Assembly (NCBI GenBank): GCA_964016885.1
Contig: OZ024741.1
Span: 81,468,001 to 81,532,000 of the forward strand
Length of the DNA stretch: 64,000 nucleotides
Reading direction: 5' to 3'
DNA from: Eledone cirrhosa
Lineage: Eukaryota
The position numbers were made by a program, and so were the translations under genes. Below the pieces are notes generated by a model, which saw nothing but the letters and a program-made list of their open reading frames with translations, searched no databases and was not told the DNA's origin. Shown in pieces: positions 42,849 through 56,019 of the stretch. Each line of letters opens with the position of its first letter. Positions within the stretch are counted from its first letter, which is position 1.

Positions 42849-43454
42849 AGAACAAGTGTAACCTGAACTGCCATCTCTAGATAGACAGATGAAAGATTAT
42901 TTTATTGTTACTCTCGGTTTCTATATCTGGTATATGTGTGACAGATAGATTTCAAAGCAGATTTTACAATTCCTATCTTTTACATCAATTCTTTACAGAA
43001 ATCTCTTTCATAACTAATTAGGAGTCACGCTATTATTAAAATCATCACCAGCTTGTTTTCTTTTTAATTTAGGCGTAACGTATTTATGGTTGCATATGTG
43101 ACACATAAAGAGTGTCGGATAAAATGTCATTGCAGTATTTGTTTTGGCTTTTTACAGAGTATAATCCCCGCCGAGGTCAACTTTCTTTCTAATCTTTCTG
43201 GGATGAAAATCATAAAGTACAATCAAGAACTGGGGTTGATATAATCAATTGTAACCTACCTTATGTCTAAATTAGAAATCAATATATATGATGCATATGA
43301 ATAATTTAGACATAGCCAGTTTTAGTGTATGTGATACACATGACATAACTTCCATAATTTTTTTTTAAAATCATGTTATCTCTGTCATCAATAGTTTACT
43401 TGTTCTTTCGTGAAGGAGCATGAATTTGTAGATAGGTCATTAATGATAGATTAA

Positions 43455-44000
43455 CGAATCTTGAAACAGCGCTGTCTGTCATTCAGGGCTTCTACAGACA
43501 TATCTGTTGCGTGTTCACTGAGCAAAAAAGAGAAAAACTATTTTGTTTGTAACGAAACACATTTTTCTTTGGTAGCGAATCCCCCATTTATTTATTGTAT
43601 ATAATCATATAGTATATGCTTTCATGTACACACCTGTTATGTTTAACGCTGTATTAGTGCAACTACCAATTAATTATAACCAATCAAATTCGCACTATAT
43701 GCAAATGAGCATTTCCAGCTGATGTTTTCTATTTGTTACAAATGAGCAACGCTAGCAAATGTTCACCGGTTGAATGAATGTCCCTGATGGGAGAGTAATG
43801 AATTTTGAAACAGCACTGTCTGACATTCTCGACTGCTATTGACATATCTGTGGCATGTTCACAGAGCAAAAAAGAAAAAGAGAAAAATATATTTTACTTT
43901 GATAGGAAAACTCCCATATGTTTATTGCCTATAAACATATGATATATGCCTTCATATACACCTCGATTATGCTTAACGCTATTTTCGTGGTACTGTCAAT
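43455..44000. repeat. Diverged direct duplication of ~200 bp, period ~345 bp
   Basis: ttgaaacagc.ctgtctg.cattc...gacatatctgt.gc.tgttcac.gagcaaaaaaga at 43461 and 43805. Confidence 0.75.
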
Positions 44001-44175
44001 CTATATATATATATATACATATATATATATACATATATATATACATATATATATATATATTAATAAGAGGAATTCCAACTTTGTCTGATTTACTCGTTTT
44101 ATTTACAATCCTTTAAAATATATAATGGTATTATAATGAAATAGTATGATAGAATATTAAATTCTAAGTGTTAAT

Positions 44176-44214
44176 TGAACAAGTACTTTCATGCTTTCGC
44201 AATCTTCAGGTTCA
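44176..44214 (-). ncRNA. Minimal type I hammerhead, family H
   Basis: Reverse complement of 44288-44326. Confidence 0.8.
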
Positions 44215-44287
44215 TAATATGTGGTGACAGTCGAGTTTGCAATTTTCAACAGTTGAAAATTGCAAACTCGACTGTCACCACATAATA

Positions 44288-44326
44288 TGAACCTGAAGAT
44301 TGCGAAAGCATGAAAGTACTTGTTCA
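44288..44326 (+). ncRNA. Minimal type I hammerhead, family H
   Basis: UGAAC-CUGAAGA-u-ugc-GAAA-gca-u-GAAA-GUAC-UU-GUUCA. Stem I is 5 bp, stem II is GNRA-capped, stem III is the palindrome AGUACU. Confidence 0.8.
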
Positions 44327-44502
44327 ATTAACACTTAGAATTTAATATTCTATCATACTATTTCATTATAATACCATTATATATTTTAAAGGATTGTAAA
44401 TAAAATGAGTAAATCAGACAAAGTTGGAATTCCTCTTATTAATATAATCTTCTATACACAATCATACACACCCGTGTATATTTACCTATCTATATCTCTC
44501 TC

Positions 44503-45689
<1,187 letters not shown>

Positions 45690-45732
45690 TTTTTTCATAT
45701 GTAACCCATTTGCAACTCCGCAGCGCCCTTAT

Positions 45733-45791
<59 letters not shown>

Positions 45792-45841
45792 TATATATAT
45801 ATATATACACATGTGTGTGTATGTATATATATATGTGTGTG

Positions 45842-45883
<42 letters not shown>

Positions 45884-45904
45884 CACACACATATATATAT
45901 ACAT

Positions 45905-45970
<66 letters not shown>

Positions 45971-45974
<4 letters not shown>

Positions 45975-46128
45975 TTCGGACGCTAGTCCTTCATCAGAAG
46001 AAAGAATGAGAAATAACATAGATTGAGGAGACGGGCGGGTTGGAATTGGAAAAAATGTCTTTAGATAAAAATAACAGATCCATTCATGTTGACATCTCTT
46101 GCATACACACACACACACACACACACAC

Positions 46129-46208
<80 letters not shown>

Positions 46209-46407
46209 GTATTATGGATCTGTTATTTTTATCTAAAGACATTTTTTGCAATTCCAACCCGCCCGTCTCCTCAATCTATTTTATTTCTCATTCTTTCTTC
46301 TGATGAAGGACTAGCGTCCGAAAGGTTAAGACCCTCTTCCTGCTATATCAAGCGTTAAATATATACCTTCCATATACCGTACCGATTGTGGTGTTATTTC
46401 TGTTTAC

Positions 46408-46410
<3 letters not shown>
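45971..46410. mobile_element. Family G inverted pair around a CA/TA microsatellite
   Basis: 45974-46083 is the reverse complement of 46215-46323. Homologue at 59672-59860. Confidence 0.85.
46296..46331 (+). ncRNA. Minimal type I hammerhead, family G
   Basis: UCUU-CUGAUGA-a-ggac-uagc-gucc-GAAA-GG-UU-AAGA. The inverted copy at 45971-46001 is truncated after GAAAUGU. Confidence 0.7.
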
Positions 46411-46497
<87 letters not shown>

Positions 46498-46501
<4 letters not shown>

Positions 46502-46630
46502 AATTGTTTCTACTTTTGGCACAAGGCCAGCAATTACCCAGTACATTACTGGTACTTTATTTTATCGACCCCATAAGGATGAAAGGCAAAGTTAACCTCG
46601 GGGGGATTTGAACTCAGACCGTAAAGAGAC
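46498..46630 (-). mobile_element. Main-family SINE, 5' truncated
   Basis: SINE 3' end and central motif. Confidence 0.85.
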
Positions 46631-46657
46631 GTACAATAATGAGAGGTACACAGATAT

Positions 46658-47201
46658 ATGTGTATACATATGGTGGCTTCCAACTCGTTTTCGAGTACGG
46701 CAACTACTTTATATCCATGTAGGAGAACCCCTACCGATACGCTGAACGAGTGTGACTTTTTAGTCCAGCCACCGACTTGAAAACTCTGGTACAAACACTA
46801 CACTTGTGACAATTATTGACACATAGTGCTGGGCCCATGGTACCATGTGACGACAAGTGCAGAGAGATCTCCAGATATAAAGCAATGCCTGTGCCGTGAA
46901 GCTTTTATAGTGAGCAAAGGCACTGCACAAAGCCAGTCCCACTCTCTTAACCAAGATGATATTTTTTACCAAAAAGAAGAACAAGTCAATGCACGATCAA
47001 TGCACACATAGAGATATTAAAATTTCTTGGTGAGGAGGGTGACTTTGGACATCCTGCAGGACTAAAAACAAAACCTGTGAATGGCCATCCAAAATTACCG
47101 GGAGAGATGACCCCTTAGCCTTTGTCAAGGTAGAATTCTAGGAGAAGGAAAACTCTGATATAACACCTGCAACTCTGATGGTATCCAATGTGTATACATA
47201 T
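46658..47201 (-). mobile_element. Bipartite RTE-derived element with 5' inversion, 14-bp TSD and 35-bp filler
   Basis: 46671-46989 is the reverse complement of 56708-57021. 47024-47190 is direct to 56511-56704. TSD atgtgtatacatat at 46658-46671 and 47188-47201. Confidence 0.85.
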
Positions 47202-47334
47202 ACATGCATATATACACATACATTTTTCACAAGTATGTGAGATTGTGTGTTGTCAACCTTAACCAGTGTTGCTCTATGACTATGAGAGACAAGATAACCG
47301 GAATAATTAAAATGACTCTATATCAGAGCTATGT

Positions 47335-47447
47335 AATACATTATAAAGAAAGAAGAAATATTAGACATAAATAAATACCTATTTTTTCTTCAAAAAGAAA
47401 AAAATAGGTATTTATTTATGTCTAATATTTCTTCTTTCTTTATAATG

Positions 47448-47452
<5 letters not shown>
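47335..47452. repeat. ~55-bp-arm fold-back palindrome abutting (TA)n
   Basis: taatacattataaagaaagaagaaatattagacataaataaatacctatttttt is followed by its reverse complement. Confidence 0.9.
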
Positions 47453-47484
<32 letters not shown>

Positions 47485-47517
47485 TAACAGATTAAAGTTT
47501 AAGCAAAGAATCGCTTT

Positions 47518-47978
47518 ATATTTTACGATGACCTCCCCTTTCCCTTTTGGGTACAGTGTGTTTTTTTATTTTTGGCGGGACTGCTGGCTTTTCGAATCTA
47601 GCAGTCTATTTAGCACTGACGGAGACTATCACTAATTTATTAATGTCGATGTAAGTTTTTATATCGATATTAAATGGGCATCCACTGCTCTACGGTTCTT
47701 ATATATTTGATATATATTTATCCTTATCGAGCCATCTTTGGATTTTAGTCTTCAAATTTATTATTATTACTATATATATATATATATATAACGAAGGAAA
47801 TGTGGTAAGGAACCAGGTGGACCATAACGCACCAAAGTAATCAATACTTAGGGTAGTAGAGTGGGTAATAGGAACCAGTAGGACCCCGACGGCTGAGCTC
47901 AAGCCGTTTCGACGGCTAATTCTGGACTGAATTAGCCGTCGAAACGGCTTGAGCTCAGCCGTCGGGGTCCTACTCGTT

Positions 47979-48054
<76 letters not shown>

Positions 48055-48510
48055 ATACATTAACAGAGAAAGCCTTAAGCGATACTCTGACCAACTCCAT
48101 CTCATTCAACAAACATTAGGATATACCTAAGTATTCTCCCAATTTAGAGTTTAGGGTGCTAACTAATCAGTATTCTGTGGATAGCTGGTCGTATTATTTT
48201 ATATGAGACATAATTAAATAAATAAATATCCCTTTCCTATCAGATAATCGTTTCGTTATAAGATTTCTACAATTTGGGATAAATAATGTCCAGGTTATGT
48301 AGAAACTTGTATATAATCCATAGATTTATATACAAGCGGGCTCTCATAAACGCATCAGTGGATGCCCATTTAATATCGATATAAAAACTTACATCGACAT
48401 TAATAAATTAGTGATGGTCTCCGTCAGTGCTATAAAGCCAGCAGTCCCTCTAAAAATAAAAAAAACACACTGTACCCAAAAGGGAAAGGGGAGGTCATCG
48501 TGAAATATAA
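47518..48510. mobile_element. Family C inverted pair enclosing a family I element
   Basis: 47518-47688 is the reverse complement of 48357-48508. Confidence 0.8.
47788..47982. mobile_element. Family I TA-flanked element with terminal GC-rich palindrome
   Basis: taggaaccagtaggaccccgacggctgagctcaagccgtttcgacggctaattc is followed by its reverse complement. Homologue at 62720-62878. Confidence 0.85.
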
Positions 48511-48907
48511 AATAATATACGCGCTGGTTATTTAACCCTATTAGGTATTCTAACCACGTGTTTAAGAACTCAATTGGATATTAAAAGAACAAATATATGT
48601 ATGCACGATCAATGCACACATAGAGATATTAAAATATAATAAATATATGTAGGCACCATCTATATACACACATATTTATTCTCTCAGGCTAAAAAATCAG
48701 ACATGGGATATAAGGAAAATCAATCAGTATTTCATATAAAAAATAATAATAAAGAAAGTCATACCTTATTATCTGGAAATATATATATATATATTTCACA
48801 TTGTTCCTTCTACCTGGAGTTGCAACCGATAAAGAGTTTATCCTGGGTTCAATCGGGGGTAACAACACTAAGTAAGATACTCAATACATAGCAGAGCATA
48901 AGTATTT

Positions 48908-49025
48908 AATATAGAAATGGTTTCTACAGGAGTAGAAATGTTTCATTCGGGAGAAATCATCAGGGCTTCCTGATGATTTCTCCCGAATGAAACAGTTCTA
49001 GTCCTGTAGAAGCCATTTCTATATT
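48908..49025. mobile_element. Family F fold-back with hammerhead core at the inversion point
   Basis: Arms 48908-48964 and 48969-49025. The right arm begins c-CUGAUGA-u-uuc-uccc-gaa-u-GAAA-CAGUU-CUAG (48970-49001). The stem I 5' strand is lost at the junction. Confidence 0.7.
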
Positions 49026-49034
49026 ATATATATA

Positions 49035-49093
<59 letters not shown>

Positions 49094-50480
49094 GTACACG
49101 CATATGCATTTACACGCGTACTTACACATACATTACACAATGACACTTTTAAGATTGTATAGGTACGGCCTGAGGGAAAATTAGTTGCTATTTCTTTATT
49201 TCTTGTCGTGTAGTAGCAAAGAGTTTTGCTCTTGGCGTTGTTGTTTTTATTTAACCGCAGATCAATCTTGATCACGTACTCCTAATATTAAAGTCATTCA
49301 AACCACGACCAGCACGTCTTCTTTTGTGTATTTCCTTTTTTAAAAATAGTATGATGAGGTCAGTTTACTGATAGAGGGGAGAACAGAGTCCATGATATTT
49401 TGCAATGACTCTGAGGTTTTATTGTTGTTATTATTGTTGATGTTGCAGTTGTTGTTGTTGTAGATGTTGACGCTACTGTTGTTGCTGGTGCTGCTGCTGT
49501 TGTAATTGCCGCTGTTGCTGCTGTTGCTATTGTTACTGTAGCTGCTTTATATTACATTACTCCATATTTTATTTCATAAATAATACATTATCGAGAATAT
49601 TCTGAAAATTATCAAAAGCAATTTGGAAATATTTCGTAATACATACATACATGTATGTGTATATAAATATATATATATATATATATAATATATATATATA
49701 TAAATACATACATCAAAATCTGGTATTCACTTCACGTGCTATTCTGTAATGCCAATGAACTTTAGAAATTCACTGCATTTACTAATCACATTTTTTTCTT
49801 TCTTTTAAGTGACCTTCTAGATTCCATTGTGTATTGTTTTGAACATCTTCAAAATAACCTACGTTAGAAATGCTTATGGGATAAATATTACGTCAAATTC
49901 GTTTCTATGCAATTTCTAACTGTTCTCCTCACCGAAGGCACACTTTCACGTCATCATGTCCGTGGAAGGATGAACAGCAACTGAAATATCCTGCCTGCCT
50001 AGCTGGCTATTTTCCATGGCTGCGGTTTCGTGCCATCTTACCCGCATTAATGGAGATATAGTGCCTAGCCGACAGCACGTATCGCTAGTTGTTCTTTACT
50101 CCAAAGCAACATTTTCCCATCATCATGTGTGTAGAGGTGAGGAAAGTGAGGGGTGCAGCAGCAGAATATGGCTAGATTTTCGCACCATCTTGTCTATAAT
50201 TGGGTACGCAGCTGATGCGACATGCTGTCTAGCCAACAGCAGCATATATCGATGGCAGCTCTCCGCAGAAATGCTTTCACTATCTTTTCCGCAAGATTAA
50301 GTAGAAATTATTTTCGACTGTTCTCGAAAGACGATTAATCCATCGGATTATCTTTGATTGATAAAAAGAAGTAACGACATTCCCATCGATATTATATTTT
50401 TCAGATAACGTACAAACAAGTTAAGCCGCTGTGAAATTGGTTTCGATCTGACTACAGAGCAGACATACCACAACAACAAC

Positions 50481-50522
<42 letters not shown>

Positions 50523-50614
50523 TTCTACTATAGGCACAAGACCAGCAGTATTTTTGGAGGGGAAAGTCGATTAAATCAACCTCAGTGCATTACTAGTGCT
50601 TTATTTTATCAACT

Positions 50615-51735
50615 TCTGTCTTGATGTGTTGTATGACAGCATTTATCGTTTTTGTAATTTCAATTATCATCCTCCTATCTACTATTCTCATATTCATTGG
50701 GATTCTTTCTTCTAGGGCATTCACCAAATCCATAAGCCATCTACATAACTCAAGCAACACATCATCCAAGTGACTCCTTCCTCTTTCATCACCATTCGCA
50801 TCCTCAGCCAAACCAGGGTTCGATGGATAACAGTCCTCTCCAGCAGCCCTAGCATTTCCATCACAATCTCCCTCTCCTGCTGCCCATTTACCTCAGTTAA
50901 CCAGCCCTTCCTCCTAATCACCCTCACTTGATTCATTAGTTTACTTTTAGACATCTCAAACATGCTCTTTTCCATCCAAAAGTCCACAGTGCGTCGTCTC
51001 GCTCTACGACTTCCTTCCAGTGTTGCTCTTTCATGACATTCAATCAGGGTAGTGTACTCTTCCTTTGTCTATTTGTGTCTAGCTGCGAGCACATTCTGAT
51101 GTATGTGATCTGTTGCTTCGTAATTACTGACCAGAGTCAGATTACTTTCCCTGTTGCTGGGAGCTCCATACATATCAAACTAGGGACCTTCACCATAATT
51201 GGTTCTAGCCTCATTCACGCCGTTAAATATTTCATTATTGCTTTGCTTTACCCAAACATGGAATCTTACTCGAGCCGTTGCACTGCTTGTAGAGGAGAAA
51301 ATGTGACTAACTAACACAAAGCGGAGTAAGGCAAAAGAACCATGGTGGAAAGGACGCATTGAAAATGCCATAAAGCGGTTAAGGCTGGATCTAAGTAAAA
51401 TTGAGCAATGGTTTAGAGGAAAGTGGAAAAATGGGAGAAAAGGCTGATAAAAAAGCACTAGAAAATACATAAAATACGGAAGAGTGGATTCCATACAGTA
51501 ATAGAACAGCTACAACAGAGAATTATCTTGAAAAGCCAGAAGATAAGGAGATATTTAAATAGAAATAAACAATTCGAGGAGAATAGATTGTTCCAAAATA
51601 ATGCAAAAGAATTCTTCCACTCTTTGTAAGGAAACAATGGGGATTATGCTATCCCTAATGCTGATAAGGCTAAGAAGATCTGGAATGGGGTGTGGGAAAT
51701 ATGAGGAATAGAAAGGATGCCAAGCGGCGAGACAC
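50615..51735. pseudogene. Decayed N-terminal half of an R4/Dong-type LINE with an internal inversion near 51310
   Basis: Minus strand gives FWMEKSMFEMSKSKLMNQVRVIRRKGWLTEV...INAVIQHIKT. Plus strand from 51310 gives KEPWWKGRIE...KIRRYLNRNKQFEENRLFQNNAKEFF...KIWNGVW. Confidence 0.7.
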
Positions 51736-54700
51736 TATCAAGACAGAATTGCCTGCATCCCTATCTCTTTTGTGAATCAGGTATTTCGTGCTAATCTCCT
51801 GTTCTTGGATTGCAAAAGCGTATCCTTCAAAGTGGGAGCCAATATAGCGGTTGTTGGTCCAAGATAGACTACTTTCCTTATCTATATTATTCTCACTTTG
51901 GAGCTTCCTGGCAACATATCCATGCATGATTTTTTGCTGACAGGCATGCAGTTTTCATCCATGGATTCACTGTGATACTGCTGAGCGACATCCCTGGGTG
52001 TGAGTTTTTGATTATCAGACAGGGAATATCTCTCAAGGAGTTCCTTCCCAACTCTCATGATCTTATCTGTTTCATGCAGATAGACTTGCTCGAGAAGCGG
52101 GCTCCTACGCTTCGAGGTTCGTAGATGTTGTCGGAGAGATATGATGAGACATTCAAATGTTGTCTGGACTGATGTTAGGCCTCTACCTCCCTGCTTACGT
52201 TTCAAGTAAAGGCGGTCTATGTCACTGTTGATGTGGAAGTTTCCGGTGTTGTTCAGTATTTTTCGAGTTCCAACATGAACTGCTCGGATTTCATCTATCG
52301 TCCAATGGAGTATTCCAAACGTTGGTGTTAGGACAGGCACAGCAAACACATTGTGAGCCACTGTTTTGTTTTGCGCAGAGAGTTACGATGACCAGATCTT
52401 TCTTAATCGGGTGTAGTATTCCCTGGTTACGCGTTCTTTATTACAGATACCATTATAGGATATGTTCTCATCTATCCCCAGGTATCTGTAGCAGTCCTCA
52501 TCAGATATCGGTGAAACAGTTAGACCATTGATGCCAATGTTGCTAGATTGGGTTGTTGTTTTTCCCCGCTTTACAGTCATGTATCAGCATTTATCCTGGC
52601 CAAACTCCATTCCTATATCCTTTGAAAACGTTGTAACCAGGTCAAGATTTTTCTTCATCCCATCCATGTTCTTGGCATAGAGTTTCAGATCGTCCACAAA
52701 GAAGTTATGGGTTAGGTTCGTATTTCTGTCCTCCTGTGAGCCAATGATGTATCCCTCACATTTCTTGAGCAGAAAGGACAAGGGGTTTAATGACAAGATG
52801 TACAATATCACAGAGAGACTGTCCCCCTGAAATATACCCCTGCAATATTTTATTTTATCAGTGAAAATAGAGTCCTCCCTCTCTGTCTTTAACCTTAGGA
52901 TAGTAGCCCAAGAAGAAGACAGCCTCTCTATGGCTCTGACAATAATGTCTGGGACTTTAGCAAGTTGGAGGGCCTCTATCATCCAAGACTGGGGAACAGA
53001 ATCGAAAGCTTTCTTGTAGTCCAGCCAGACTGTAGTCATATTCCTCCTAAGTTGTCGCACCTCCGACATCGCTGTTTTGTTGATTAGGAGTTGTTCAGCA
53101 CATCCCCAAACCCTTTTCTTTCCAGCTGCTTTTTCATCTGTGATGATGTTATTATTTTCACAGTGATCTTGGAGGAATAGGTTCAGGCAGGCAGGCTGTA
53201 TACATCTTATACATCAGGTTCTGGCATGCAATGGGTCGGTAGTTTTTTGCCAAGTGGGTGTCTTTGTTCTTGGGGACCAGTAACGTTTGTGCTAATATCA
53301 ACCATTCTGGTATAAGTGTATCTCCCTTAAGAACTTGTTGGTAGAGGTCAGTAAGATACCTCCGATAGAATATCAGTTTTTTGTACCAGTAGCCGACAAT
53401 CATGTCTCTTCCTGGTGTTTTCTTATCTTGGAGTTTTCCTATCACAGTCTCAAGGGTACCCTCACTTATTTCATGTTTTTGTTGTAGTGTAGGAGCAATA
53501 GTTCTTTCGGATTTCTCTTAGCCACACTGCATCTTGGTTGAAATTCTTCTTTTCACCCCATATTTTTCTCCAAAAGGAATCTATGTCTTTCTGGGATGGG
53601 GCTTCAGTGACACTTATTATTTTGCCCTTCATATCTCTATAGATTGATGTTTGGTTTCGTCTGAATCTTTTATTAAGCATTTTTCTCTCATCTACCTTCT
53701 TCAGGTATCGGCGTTTTTCGCTAACAACTCTCAATTCTTGTTTGAGGGTGATCAGCTTATATCGGAGAGTTCTGGTTCTACTGTTACCAAACATCGTCTC
53801 TATTTTATTTTTCACTCTTTGTTGGTGAGGAGTGAGGTTTTTTTGTGTTTGTTTGCATATAAGGAGCATTATCACATGTCCTATGTTTTTTCGTAGGTCA
53901 GCACTCTCTTTTTCTATTTTAGTTATATATGATGGTATTTTTGGTGGTGTTTTGTTCTTGTTAATATCTCTGCTATCACCAAGATAATGCTTCACTGTCA
54001 TTGCTAAGGCATATAAACAGGCGTTGATTTGCCAAAATGTTGGGGTTTTTATCCGTTGTAAATATTCATCCGCTATTTCGTTAATAACACGTAGTATTTC
54101 ATTATTTGGCTTTTTATTCACCATTGTCATTTTAACACGTTCAGCCAGAGAGATATTTATACATGAGTTAATTTCTCTCTGGAAGATTTCGTTGAGGGAA
54201 ATTTTCAATTGTTTATACTTTTGATTATCATTATCGATAGTATTTTCCACAACAGTCGAGGTAGACTCGGATGGTATACGTGGTGTCACATTTATTCGAT
54301 TATTATTATTATTTCCTCAAGGGCGGTGGATTGGCAGTATTGGTAGAGGGTCGGACGCCATGCTTTCCAGCATAGTTACGTCCCTTTACGATCTGAGTTC
54401 AAATCCCGCCGAGGTTGACTTTGCCTTTCATCCTTACGGGGTCGATAAAATAAAGTACCAGTAATGCACTGGCCTTGTGCCTAAAGTAGAAACAATTATT
54501 ATTATTTCCTCGATTATTATTATTATCGATAGTGTTTTCCCCAGCATTCGAGGTAGACTTAGATGGTACACGTGGTGTCAAATTTCTTAGTTGTTTCAAG
54601 GCGCTGTTCGACCTGGCTGCTAGGAAGTCTAGTAGCATGGCGATCTGTAGCACGTGTTGTTGATTCCATGTTTGTTGTGGGGGACTTACAATTAATAATA

Positions 54701-55200
54701 TTTATCTTATTTTTACGTTCAACAAACGCCGCTTGTTGGCGTAATTGTTTCGCTGTGAAATAATTTAGCTCTGGGAGCATTTCGTCCCAGTGTAGCTTCA
54801 TTCTATTCATATAGCCAATGGAGGGATTGTTTTTTGCCATTTTATAACAATTAAATAAATCATTATTAAGTTCGCAACTCCAAGAGAAATGCGATTTATA
54901 ATTTCGGTTTCTTCTGTAGCTACAACTGAATAAAGTTTGATTACCTTCTTTGTTATTTGTCTTCGATACTTCCTTAATTTTCTTGTTGATGTTGTGTTCA
55001 GCCATGCTGTTTGTAGCAAATCCTTGTAAAATGAATTATGTATTTAGTCGGATATCTCTACAAATTCGAATAAAAGGTGTCTCCAGAAGGGATAGTTAGA
55101 AGAATAACCAGTTATTCAACCTGGCCGTAGATAGTATTCATCTTAAATTTAATAAATAGTCTCCCACGCCAAAATATGCGACTGATCGCGTTGACTGACT
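51735..55200 (-). pseudogene. R4/Dong-type LINE ORF (RT), frameshifted, truncated before the RLE domain
   Basis: GYMNRMKLHW, KTPGRD, NYRPIAC, WLDYKKAFDSVP, GIFQGDSLS, FFVDDLKLY, YRYLG, RLYLKRKQGGRGL and AIQEQEISTK. The 5' end abuts (TATG)n. Confidence 0.88.
54320..54510 (+). mobile_element. Main-family SINE inserted in the R4 ORF
   Basis: Full head and 3' end. attattattatttcctc is duplicated on both sides (TSD). Confidence 0.88.
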
Positions 55201-55294
55201 TATGTATGTATGTATGTATGTATGTATGTATGTATGTATGTATGTATGTATGTATGTATGTATGTATGTATGTATGTATGTATGTATGTATGTA

Positions 55295-55369
<75 letters not shown>

Positions 55370-55966
55370 ATATATCCAAACACACATATGTAGCTATCAT
55401 ATATACATATATAACCATAATCCCATCTAACAGATTAATTCTATTTAATCAAATACGGCGTAAGCACATATTACAACCTAATTTTCAAATTCGCTAGCCG
55501 TTTGTAAGCAACACCTGCTTTGTGTCTCCCTATTTATATACATACATATATAAAGCTGTTATGGTTATATAGCTTCTAATTGAATGAAAGGAGGCATGGG
55601 TGGCGTGTTTGTGTAATAGTAGTACATTGGTCCGGCAAACTAAAGATGTGGGTTCGTGTCCCATGTACGTCAATACTCATCGTTTTTTCCATTCAGAAGG
55701 TTTTTTAAAATCCCAACTAACAGAGTAATTCTATTTAGTCAAATACGGCGTAAGCACATATTCCTACCTTATTTTCAAATCATCTCGCCTGCTTTGTGTC
55801 TCAATATTCATATACTTATAAATATATGCATATGTTTGAGCGTGTGGGCAGTAGTAGTTCTCTAGATTTGAGTTTCAGTTTATAGGAGTATATTTATTGT
55901 TAAATATCAGTTTCGGAATGTTTGTGTGTATATGCGTATATATGCATGTATGTATGTAAGTATATC

Positions 55967-56019
<53 letters not shown>

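Larger units (their letters stand above)
44061..44478. mobile_element. Family H near-perfect palindrome (190-bp arms, 1-nt spacer at 44251)
   Basis: 44061-44250 is the reverse complement of 44252-44441, with two mismatches seen. (TA)n on both flanks. Second copy at 61507-61788. Confidence 0.92.

Noticed and set aside
43455-44000. Duplicated segment as coding exons
   Set aside because: No sustained open frame or recognisable motif.
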